Assembly (NCBI GenBank): GCA_964606775.1
Contig: CAZSGW010000001.1
Location: 90,002 to 152,714 of the forward strand
Reading direction: 5' to 3'
Source: Candidatus Woesearchaeota archaeon
GTDB lineage: Archaea; Nanobdellota; Nanobdellia; Pacearchaeales; GW2011-AR1
DNA length: 62,713 nt
The translations under genes and the position numbers were made by a program. Positions 28,701 through 35,401 of this stretch are shown here, in pieces (position 1 is the stretch's first letter; each line of letters begins with the position of its first letter). The notes beneath the pieces are model-generated. The model saw only the letters and a list, made by a program, of their open reading frames with translations. It ran no database searches and was not told where the DNA came from.

Positions 28701-29945
28701 TTACCTACGGCTTACCAAAATAAAAAACATAATCAGAGAAATTCCTACAAACACCAAAACATAATTAAACAAATTCCTTGAGTTTCCAGAAGGTTCAGAA
28801 TAAACTTTTATACCAACACCTTCTTCCCCAGAAAAAACCTTCTCACCCTCTTGAATTTCAAATGAATCATCCAGCCTAAAAAAAACTCGACCATCATCCT
28901 CTTCCAAATCATAATAAATATCTTCAACCTTTAAGTAAACTCCCTCTCCTAAAAATAGAACATCTCCTTCAAACAGTTTTCCAGTTTCATCTCCCTCAAC
29001 AAATAATTTTACATAGCTAGATTTTATATGAGAGATTGAAATATCAAAATACTTTCCATAAAAATCAGCATCAATTTCATCATCAAAGTAAAGAATACAA
29101 TTATCCGAATTAGAACAATACGAAACGCTCCCATCACTTTCCTCTAAATCTTCTTCATCATAAACACATTCTCCTTTTTCACATCCAGAAATACATTCTT
29201 TATTTAAAGTCTTAAAATCTCCTCCATCACAATATCTCTCAACTAAAACATCTTCATCAATACAATAATCATTAAAACACTCTCCATCAATACAAACACT
29301 TCCAAAATCAAAATAATCAATTCCAGAATCAGAATCTAAACATTCATAACTAAGTTCCCCACAATAAAACCTAACCCTATAATCATGACAAAATCCTGAA
29401 TTATCATCATTCGAACAAAATAAACCCGAATTTAAATCACAAGTCAAATTCTGTCCAGTTTCATTCCAATCAACGCCTCCCAGAGTTTCACACTGAATCA
29501 AAGTTGGAGAATCACATATTTCTGTAGGATACTTATTCCTTATTTTACTAAGAGGCTCATAATCTCCATTTCCATTCACATTATCCATATCAAACCATTG
29601 CGTCCATGAAACTAATTCCCATTCACATCCATTTGTATTCAAACACTCAGACTTATCAAATCCTCCACAACTTCTATCTTTATCGAAACAAATTCCTGAT
29701 ACAGAATCATAGGAACAATAATCTGTCTGCGACTCACACATAAATTCATCGTAATTAAAGTTAGAACAATCATAATTAAAACAACTTTCAGATGCCCAAT
29801 AACAAACAGGGATAGAATTACAATCTAATTCAGAAAATTTAGAACAATCTGTTTTAAAAGTCTCCCCAGTACATATTCCTTCAGAAGAAACAAATCCAAA
29901 CAATAAAATTGTTAAAAATAAAAGCAAAAATATTTTTTTTACCAT
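28701..29945 (-). CDS. Cys-rich surface protein with a WxxW/CysD-like domain and a C-terminal TM anchor
   Basis: 414 aa. It has an N-terminal signal (MVKKIFLLLFLTILLFGFVSSEG), about 40 Cys, and a C-terminal NYVLVFVGISLIMFFILVSRR anchor. Domains are described in the findings. Confidence 0.75.
   Translation of the reverse strand: MVKKIFLLLFLTILLFGFVSSEGICTGETFKTDCSKFSELDCNSIPVCYWASESCFNYDCSNFNYDEFMCESQTDYCSYDSVSGICFDKDRSCGGFDKSECLNTNGCEWELVSWTQWFDMDNVNGNGDYEPLSKIRNKYPTEICDSPTLIQCETLGGVDWNETGQNLTCDLNSGLFCSNDDNSGFCHDYRVRFYCGELSYECLDSDSGIDYFDFGSVCIDGECFNDYCIDEDVLVERYCDGGDFKTLNKECISGCEKGECVYDEEDLEESDGSVSYCSNSDNCILYFDDEIDADFYGKYFDISISHIKSSYVKLFVEGDETGKLFEGDVLFLGEGVYLKVEDIYYDLEEDDGRVFFRLDDSFEIQEGEKVFSGEEGVGIKVYSEPSGNSRNLFNYVLVFVGISLIMFFILVSRR
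29361..29606 (-). other. WxxW (mucin CysD-type) domain-like segment
   Basis: aa 114-195: WTQWFDMDNVNGNGDYEPLSKIRNKYPTEICDSPTLIQCETLGGVDWNETGQNLTCDLNSGLFCSNDDNSGFCHDYRVRFYC. The motif order (WxxWfd.D.p.g.GD.E, C..P..i.C, tGQ...C....Gl.C.N.dq...C.dY.VRf.C) matches the WxxW/CysD pattern as I remember it from MUC2/MUC5AC and CILP. Confidence 0.6.
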
Positions 29946-29979
29946 AAAAGAACCAGAAAATCCCCGTTTTTAAAAACTT

Positions 29980-30792
29980 CTATAATAGAAATATAAGTAT
30001 TATAAAACTAATAAAGAAAACAGGCACATAAGGAATTCCTTCTCTAATGTATACATCCTTGTTCTTTTTCCTCAATAATTCGATATCTTTTTTATTCAAT
30101 CCATTCCAAGTCGCATTAATTTTTTTAGAACCAATCTTAACATCCCTATACAACCAATCACCTTCAGTTAATTTATTTGGAGAAATTTTTTTAACCATAC
30201 AACTTTCATCGACAGACTTTGCGGCTAAAAACAAATAAGGAACTAAAAATACCAAGACTGCAAAAAAAAGCAAACTACTTTCAACAAAAGAAAAAACAAT
30301 CATCACAATAGCTAAAATTAAAACACTAAAAACCAAAGTTTTATTTTTGTTAAATTGTTTAGAAAATTCTTTTCTAAATTTTTTGTAATTTCTAATCGCC
30401 AAATAACCGGTGGAAAATAAACCATACAATGCTCCACTAAACAAGAATAAAAGAATGAATGTAAAAAAAACATTTAAATTGCCTGAAAAATCCGGATAAA
30501 AAGCAAGAACAGGACCAATTGCAACAAACAACTTTGAATCTCCTCCTGCAAACATTCTTCCAAAATAAAGTAAATTACTAAACACAAAAAAAATTCCCAG
30601 TGCAATCAAACCCTGATAAAAAAATCCAAAATCCTCTCCAGAAAAAAGAGAATAAAAAAATCTAAAACCCAATGCAAAAATTATCAAAGAAAAACTAACC
30701 CAATTAGCAATTTCCCTCTTTCTTAAATCCTGTATACTTGCAACTAAAAGCCAAATAACCCCTAAAACAATTAATCCAATAACTTCAATCAT
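29980..30792 (-). CDS. A24-family prepilin/preflagellin peptidase (PibD/FlaK/EppA-like)
   Basis: 270 aa and polytopic. The first catalytic Asp context is SIQDLRKREIANWV and the second is FAGGDSKLF (GxGD-type). It is embedded among pilin-like genes. Confidence 0.8.
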   Translation of the reverse strand: MIEVIGLIVLGVIWLLVASIQDLRKREIANWVSFSLIIFALGFRFFYSLFSGEDFGFFYQGLIALGIFFVFSNLLYFGRMFAGGDSKLFVAIGPVLAFYPDFSGNLNVFFTFILLFLFSGALYGLFSTGYLAIRNYKKFRKEFSKQFNKNKTLVFSVLILAIVMIVFSFVESSLLFFAVLVFLVPYLFLAAKSVDESCMVKKISPNKLTEGDWLYRDVKIGSKKINATWNGLNKKDIELLRKKNKDVYIREGIPYVPVFFISFIILIFLL

Positions 30793-30820
30793 AAATTATA
30801 AAATAAAAATCAGTTTATAA

Positions 30821-30952
30821 TTATTTCTTATCCTTACCCAAGTTTTCTTTATTACTTCTATACTTTCCACCTCTCTTATACGGATGCTTTTTTTTCTCTT
30901 TCTTTTTGTCCTTTCTTTTATTTCTCTTATCACAACCAGAACTATAAGCCAT
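30821..30952 (-). CDS. 43-aa highly basic micro-ORF (speculative)
   Basis: Not in the track. MAYSSGCDKRNKRKDKKKEKKKHPYKRGGKYRSNKENLGKDKK. Its ATG (30950-30952) starts 1 nt after the stop of the upstream pilin-like gene, the same tight spacing seen throughout the operon. Confidence 0.3.
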   Translation of the reverse strand: MAYSSGCDKRNKRKDKKKEKKKHPYKRGGKYRSNKENLGKDKK

Positions 30953-30953
30953 T

Positions 30954-31622
30954 TTACTTCATAATCAAACATCTCTGTCCCGAACCTAAATCGTTCGCCA
31001 ACAAAGAAACATCATAAGCACCTTCTTCATTTGAAATTGATTGACTACTTCCCAAACACTCGCTATTCTCCCAATCACATCCAACCTCGATACAATCATC
31101 CGAGTTAGAAAATTCAGAACACTCTTTAAGTCCTTGAGACTTTGGAGCATCTATACATGCATCATTTATCCATTTACATCCTCTTAAAAGAGTACAATCA
31201 TCCGAAGTCAAAATATCTGAACAAGCCCCAATATTCTGGCTAACTTCTTTAATCTCACCTGTCTTTCCATTTATCTCTAAATTATTACAATTTTGTTTAC
31301 AGTCAAAATCCGATTCTTCAATACCATATTTCTCAAATTCATCGACGACCGCTAAAATAGCACAAGTAGTTTCAACTTCCTCTCCTTCAAATTTCAAATC
31401 CTGAGTCTTATAACAAAAATTAGTATCACCTCCAGTCGTAGCCGAAGCCATACAAGCATTTTTTATTTGATCAACATTATCTTGAGAAAGCCAAGGAGCA
31501 ATCTGTCCCCAACCTTGTGTAAAACCTATAATCAAAATAACAAGAATCGCAATCCCCAATACCAAAAGAATAATTGTACTAGTGCTCATACCTTGAGCCT
31601 TCTTATTACCTCTTTCTAACAT
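30954..31622 (-). CDS. class III signal-peptide (pilin-like) protein with Cys-repeat C-terminal region
   Basis: The track start at 31631 is a TTG; the first ATG is at 31620-31622. The N-terminus MLERGNKKAQGMSTSTIILLVLGIAILVILIIGF is followed by a Cys-rich ectodomain with CSDILTSDDCTLLRGCKWINDAC and CSEFSNSDDCIEVGCDWENSEC repeats. Confidence 0.65.
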   Translation of the reverse strand: MLERGNKKAQGMSTSTIILLVLGIAILVILIIGFTQGWGQIAPWLSQDNVDQIKNACMASATTGGDTNFCYKTQDLKFEGEEVETTCAILAVVDEFEKYGIEESDFDCKQNCNNLEINGKTGEIKEVSQNIGACSDILTSDDCTLLRGCKWINDACIDAPKSQGLKECSEFSNSDDCIEVGCDWENSECLGSSQSISNEEGAYDVSLLANDLGSGQRCLIMK

Positions 31623-31717
31623 ACTAAACAATAGATTATTTTATTTATAAAACTTTCTCAATCATAATCCCAATAAAAAAATAGAATTACTCAAATAAAT
31701 AACAAACTTAAATAGAA

Positions 31718-32071
31718 TCAATCTGCATAATGCTTTGCTGAAAACAAAAATTCTTTATTTTTCCAATCGTCAAAATCAAATTGAAAATTTGTTTTAGTTT
31801 TATTAATTTCAAAATATTCATCTTCACCCTCAACATAATAAAAATCTCCCTCTCCCAATTCAGATAAAATTGAATTCTTATCATAACCTTCGCTAACATA
31901 CACCTCATATTTTTCAACATTGGTGTCAAGTTTTTCCATTAAATCAAGTCCGACAAAATTTCTCTCCATTCGAACTTCAGCAATATAAAAACTCAAAAGA
32001 GCCAAACTACAAATTGCAAAAACTCCGATTACCAAAATTGTTATAGGAACATCCCCTCTCTTATTTTTCAT
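31718..32071 (-). CDS. class III signal-peptide (minor pilin-like) protein
   Basis: 117 aa. MKNKRG-DVPITILVIGVFAICSLALLSFY. It overlaps the upstream gene by 11 nt. Confidence 0.6.
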   Translation of the reverse strand: MKNKRGDVPITILVIGVFAICSLALLSFYIAEVRMERNFVGLDLMEKLDTNVEKYEVYVSEGYDKNSILSELGEGDFYYVEGEDEYFEINKTKTNFQFDFDDWKNKEFLFSAKHYAD

Positions 32072-32402
32072 CTTCCTCCAGATTAGTTTTTAATTCTTCG
32101 AACTCCTTTTCAAAATCTCCATAAAAACTTTTATTCTCATCCATCTCTTCCAACTTAGAATACAAGAATTCTTTATCCTCTCCCTCATCTAAAGAAAAAT
32201 AAGTTATCAAAGACTTAGTCATCAACAAATCAGAATTTCTCGAATAAATATCTGACAAACCAGAACTCTTAGCATACTCAAATTCATTCTGTTTAGATAG
32301 AAGATTAGTCGCAAAAATCGCCAAGAACAAAATAAAAATAATAACAAGAGTTGCAACTATCCAAGTCATCGTTTCTCCTGCCTGCCCAGATTTATTTAAC
32401 AT
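32061..32402 (-). CDS. class III signal-peptide (minor pilin-like) protein
   Basis: 113 aa. MLNKSGQAGETMTWIVATLVIIFILFLAIF. It overlaps both neighbours by 11 nt. Confidence 0.55.
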   Translation of the reverse strand: MLNKSGQAGETMTWIVATLVIIFILFLAIFATNLLSKQNEFEYAKSSGLSDIYSRNSDLLMTKSLITYFSLDEGEDKEFLYSKLEEMDENKSFYGDFEKEFEELKTNLEEDEK

Positions 32403-32892
32403 TTTGTTTTACTTTCCTTACAATAGATAGGATTTTTACTTCATACAAATTTTTATTTTCATCCAAGGAATAAAATTTTCTCTCAACACACTTAGACAAT
32501 TCTTCATAATCCTCATCTTCAATATTACAATCCAATTTCAGATTAAAATTGCCTTCCTTTGCAATCAAATGATTTTTACCATTCGAAAAATTAAGAATAT
32601 TCAATTCTAAATAATATTCCGAACCTTTTTCAGAATCACTTTCAAAAACCTCTTCCTTAAACTTACAATAATTTAAAACATTAAAATCTTTCTCAAAAAT
32701 TTCCGAATTCAAAACTTCCTGTTCTGAAATACATCTTGTAACTTTATTAACCATCAAATTGCCTTCAATTTCACGAACATCATAAGGAGAATTATAAAAA
32801 ATGCTTACCATCGAGACAACTGCCCCAGCTACAATCAATAAAACTGCAAACCAATAAACAGAAATTATCTTATCTGCCCCTTTTTTGTTCAT
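32392..32892 (-). CDS. class III signal-peptide (pilin-like) protein
   Basis: 166 aa. MNKKGADKIISVYWFAVLLIVAGAVVSMV. There is an ATGA overlap with the upstream gene at 32889-32892. Confidence 0.6.
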   Translation of the reverse strand: MNKKGADKIISVYWFAVLLIVAGAVVSMVSIFYNSPYDVREIEGNLMVNKVTRCISEQEVLNSEIFEKDFNVLNYCKFKEEVFESDSEKGSEYYLELNILNFSNGKNHLIAKEGNFNLKLDCNIEDEDYEELSKCVERKFYSLDENKNLYEVKILSIVRKVKQNVK

Positions 32893-33302
32893 TTTTCATT
32901 TACACTGATAATGTAATTACCAGTATTTTCATTTAATTCATTTTTTTCCGGATAAGCCGTTACAAAAACGTCATTAAAGAAAGAATATTCATAGCCTCCC
33001 TTCTCACTAAGCCTCACAAAAACAGAATTCTCCTTAATTAAAACAATTTCCTCAAACATCAAATCATTCTTCTCAGACAATTCCAATCCTTTTTCCATAT
33101 TAATTTTTATTTGGGTAACAGGCTCTGCAGAATCTATCAATAAAGCAATCTGTTTAGAATAACTTTGTTCCATTAGAACAGCTCCAGTACCCTGTTTCCA
33201 TAAAAAGACCATTAAGATTGTAAGAAATAAAGAATTTAAAACAATAAAAATAACATTCTCCACAAGAACCATTCCTTTTTTATTTTTAGATACCTTAAAC
33301 AT
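32889..33302 (-). CDS. class III signal-peptide (pilin-like) protein
   Basis: The track start at 33308 is a TTG; the ATG at 33300-33302 gives MFKVSKNKKG-MVLVENVIFIVLNSLFLTILMVFLW. An SD-like AGAGGT lies 9-14 nt upstream. Confidence 0.6.
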   Translation of the reverse strand: MFKVSKNKKGMVLVENVIFIVLNSLFLTILMVFLWKQGTGAVLMEQSYSKQIALLIDSAEPVTQIKINMEKGLELSEKNDLMFEEIVLIKENSVFVRLSEKGGYEYSFFNDVFVTAYPEKNELNENTGNYIISVNEK

Positions 33303-33338
33303 ATTCAAAACCTCTTCACATATTTAAACAGAATAAAT

Positions 33339-33358
33339 AATTAATAAAACTTTGTAAA
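33339..33358. promoter_or_regulatory. 20-nt exact repeat in an internal pilin-operon promoter region
   Basis: AATTAATAAAACTTTGTAAA is identical to 38604-38623. It sits in the only sizeable gap of the pilin gene string (33303-33366). Confidence 0.5.
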
Positions 33359-33366
33359 AACAAAAA

Positions 33367-34314
33367 CTAAGCAAGGGTTTCAATATCTGCACAATTCAAA
33401 ATTTTAAAACTATCCGAATCCGCCTTTTGAATAGTCGGGGCCATAAATTCATTTTTAATTCCATCACCTTTAACAATTATTGCTCCAATCTGAGGTTCAA
33501 AAGATTCTGCAATTTCTCCTCCTGCAGTTAATGTAGCTGCCCCTGTTCCAAAAATAATTGCACTTGTAACCAAATTAACTCCTGGTATAAATAAACTAAC
33601 AACCCCTACTCCAGTAACAGCACCACCAAACCACTTATAAAAATTTCCAACTTCACTAGTAATTCCCATAATAACATAGTATTGTTCTCCAACATCAATA
33701 TCTCCAAAAGTCCCAATATTCTCCGGATTATTTTCACCTCCAATAATCTCCTGTTTCAAAGATTGGATATCATTAGTTCCTAAAATATACTCTGCATATG
33801 TCTGGTCTCCAGAATAATTATTTTTACTCATATAATCATAAAGACCATCTTTACTTATCTCTCCTTCAACTTCATTCAAATTATTCAAACTATCATCAAA
33901 ATAAATTTGTGAACAAATAGAACAATAATTTTTTTTAGATGCTTTATCTCCAACATAATCCAATTTTCCTGCTCCAAACATCCACCAACAAACAGCCATT
34001 TCCTCAGAAAGAACTTCATAAAGTTCATCCCTCGTTTCAACTTCAATCTCTTCGGGATTTGTCATTCCCTCGCAAGTTCCATCCTCCGTGATACAAATAT
34101 AAGTTCTTTCACATTGAAGACTGGTGGACTTTGGAGTCAAAGCCTGAGACTTAGTTAAAACAGAATTATGGCATAACTCTCTCGCAGATTCCTGTCCAAA
34201 ATTCAAACCAAATAAAAAATATAAAACAACGATAAAACTAGTTATCAGAATAATTAAAATAATTATTTGCTGTGTACTTATTTCTCCTTTTTTTCCAAAA
34301 AGATTTTTTCTCAT
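33367..34314 (-). CDS. class III signal-peptide protein with large ectodomain and extra C-terminal hydrophobic segments
   Basis: 315 aa. MRKNLFGKKGE-ISTQQIIILIILITSFIVVLYFLF is followed by a Cys-containing globular part, then a Gly-rich hydrophobic stretch GGAVTGVGVVSLFIPGVNLVTSAIIFGTGAATLTAGG. Confidence 0.6.
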   Translation of the reverse strand: MRKNLFGKKGEISTQQIIILIILITSFIVVLYFLFGLNFGQESARELCHNSVLTKSQALTPKSTSLQCERTYICITEDGTCEGMTNPEEIEVETRDELYEVLSEEMAVCWWMFGAGKLDYVGDKASKKNYCSICSQIYFDDSLNNLNEVEGEISKDGLYDYMSKNNYSGDQTYAEYILGTNDIQSLKQEIIGGENNPENIGTFGDIDVGEQYYVIMGITSEVGNFYKWFGGAVTGVGVVSLFIPGVNLVTSAIIFGTGAATLTAGGEIAESFEPQIGAIIVKGDGIKNEFMAPTIQKADSDSFKILNCADIETLA

Positions 34315-34416
34315 CTATGCAACCCCCAATTTTTTTAAAGCGAAGTATAACCCAACCGAAACAATTCCAAAAAAGACAATCCATATTAAATATTTTATTA
34401 CATTATCAAGATTCAT
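34315..34416 (-). CDS. 33-aa single-TM micro-ORF
   Basis: Not in the track. MNLDNVIKYLIWIVFFGIVSVGLYFALKKLGVA. Its ATG overlaps the stop of gene 34413-34892 (ATGA), and its TAG directly abuts the ATG of 33367-34314. Confidence 0.5.
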   Translation of the reverse strand: MNLDNVIKYLIWIVFFGIVSVGLYFALKKLGVA

Positions 34417-34892
34417 TTTACTTCCTCAAGTTTAATTCCTTCTTCCATTTCAATAACCTCAATATCCGTAGCCCCTTCATTTGTTTCTTTAATTTCAATA
34501 ATTTCAAATCCCAAAAGATTTTCAACGACTAAACATCTTCCATCTTTCTGACACTCTTTTAATTGTCTATTTCCAAAAACTCCAGCATAATTGGTAGAAA
34601 TTTCATCACAAATGCAAATACATTTCTTTCCAGCACACTGATTAGGTTTACTCTTTTCACTAAAATTAAAAATACTCCATCCAGTAGGAGTCACCCCCTT
34701 CAACTCTCCGCCCCCTTCACCAATTTTTATTTCAATCTGTTCTAAAGTGGCTTCAGCCTGATTTTGTTTTTTTTCATCCAAATTAGAAAAATATAAAGAA
34801 GTCAAAAAATAAGCCAAAAAACCAATACAAATAACTGCAATAACAATTTTTAAAGTTTCTTCAGCCAACAAAAAACCTTTCTTATTTCTCAT
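34413..34892 (-). CDS. type IV pilin-like protein (candidate major pilin)
   Basis: The track start at 34904 is a TTG; the ATG at 34890-34892 overlaps the upstream stop (ATGA). MRNKKG-FLLAEETLKIVIAVICIGFLAYFL has G then F at +1 and E at +5, as in bacterial type IV prepilins. The small globular head carries 6 Cys. Confidence 0.7.
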   Translation of the reverse strand: MRNKKGFLLAEETLKIVIAVICIGFLAYFLTSLYFSNLDEKKQNQAEATLEQIEIKIGEGGGELKGVTPTGWSIFNFSEKSKPNQCAGKKCICICDEISTNYAGVFGNRQLKECQKDGRCLVVENLLGFEIIEIKETNEGATDIEVIEMEEGIKLEEVK

Positions 34893-35038
34893 ATTAGACT
34901 CCAAAAAATCCCTCCCAGTCCACTAAAAAAAGCATTAATTTTATCTCTAAAGAAAAAATAAAGTGCGATAACAACTGTAACAAAAACAGCTACTCCCAAA
35001 ATAATTTTTATTAATCTACTTATTGCTAACTCTGCCAT
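34889..35038 (-). CDS. 49-aa single-TM micro-ORF
   Basis: Not in the track. MAELAISRLIKIILGVAVFVTVVIALYFFFRDKINAFFSGLGGIFWSLI, translated base by base. It is coupled on both sides (TAATG at 35036-35040, ATGA at 34889-34892). Confidence 0.5.
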   Translation of the reverse strand: MAELAISRLIKIILGVAVFVTVVIALYFFFRDKINAFFSGLGGIFWSLI

Positions 35039-35208
35039 TATGTTCTGAATAACCCCTTAATTTTATCAATCAATGAAAAGCCTTGTTCTCTCAATAAAAA
35101 AATAGTCGTCATAATAATTGCCAGAACAGCAATACCAATCAACAACCATGGCAAATATTCTGAAACTAAACCTCTCTTCTCTTTCAAATTAAAACAACTC
35201 TTTTTCAT
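35038..35208 (-). CDS. 56-aa class III signal-peptide-like micro-ORF, first gene of the pilin operon
   Basis: Not in the track. MKKSCFNLKEKRG-LVSEYLPWLLIGIAVLAIIMTTIFLLREQGFSLIDKIKGLFRT. A KRG motif precedes the hydrophobic helix. Confidence 0.5.
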   Translation of the reverse strand: MKKSCFNLKEKRGLVSEYLPWLLIGIAVLAIIMTTIFLLREQGFSLIDKIKGLFRT

Positions 35209-35230
35209 AAAAATAAATAAGAAAAGAGAT

Positions 35231-35248
35231 TAATAAATCTTTAGAAAA
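35231..35248. promoter_or_regulatory. shared 18-nt promoter-region motif, copy at the pilin operon
   Basis: TAATAAATCTTTAGAAAA lies 23-40 nt upstream of the ATG at 35208 (minus strand). On the minus strand it reads TTTTCTAAAGATTTATTA, which contains a TATA-like TTTATTA. Related copies are at 35353-35370, 33342-33359 and 38607-38624. Confidence 0.45.
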
Positions 35249-35309
35249 TTTATTTTCGAACAAAAATAGTTTTCTTTTACACTGTAATCTTAAGTTTTCT
35301 ACCACTGTA

Positions 35310-35329
35310 GTTTCTTTTTCAAAAGAAAC
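35310..35329. repeat. 9-bp perfect inverted repeat (hairpin) in the divergent intergenic region
   Basis: GTTTCTTTT-TC-AAAAGAAAC read directly. It is preceded by two CACTGTA direct repeats (35280-35286 and 35303-35309). Confidence 0.5.
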
Positions 35330-35372
35330 CCATTTTTCTAAAAGAAAAACCCAAATAAATCTTTAGAAAATA

Positions 35373-35380
35373 TTTAAAAG
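35373..35380 (+). promoter_or_regulatory. TATA-like box upstream of the FISUMP-domain gene
   Basis: TTTAAAAG lies 22-29 nt upstream of the ATG at 35402, immediately after the 18-nt motif copy at 35353-35370. Confidence 0.35.
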
Positions 35381-35401
35381 TATAAAGGACACTCAAAGTT
35401 T

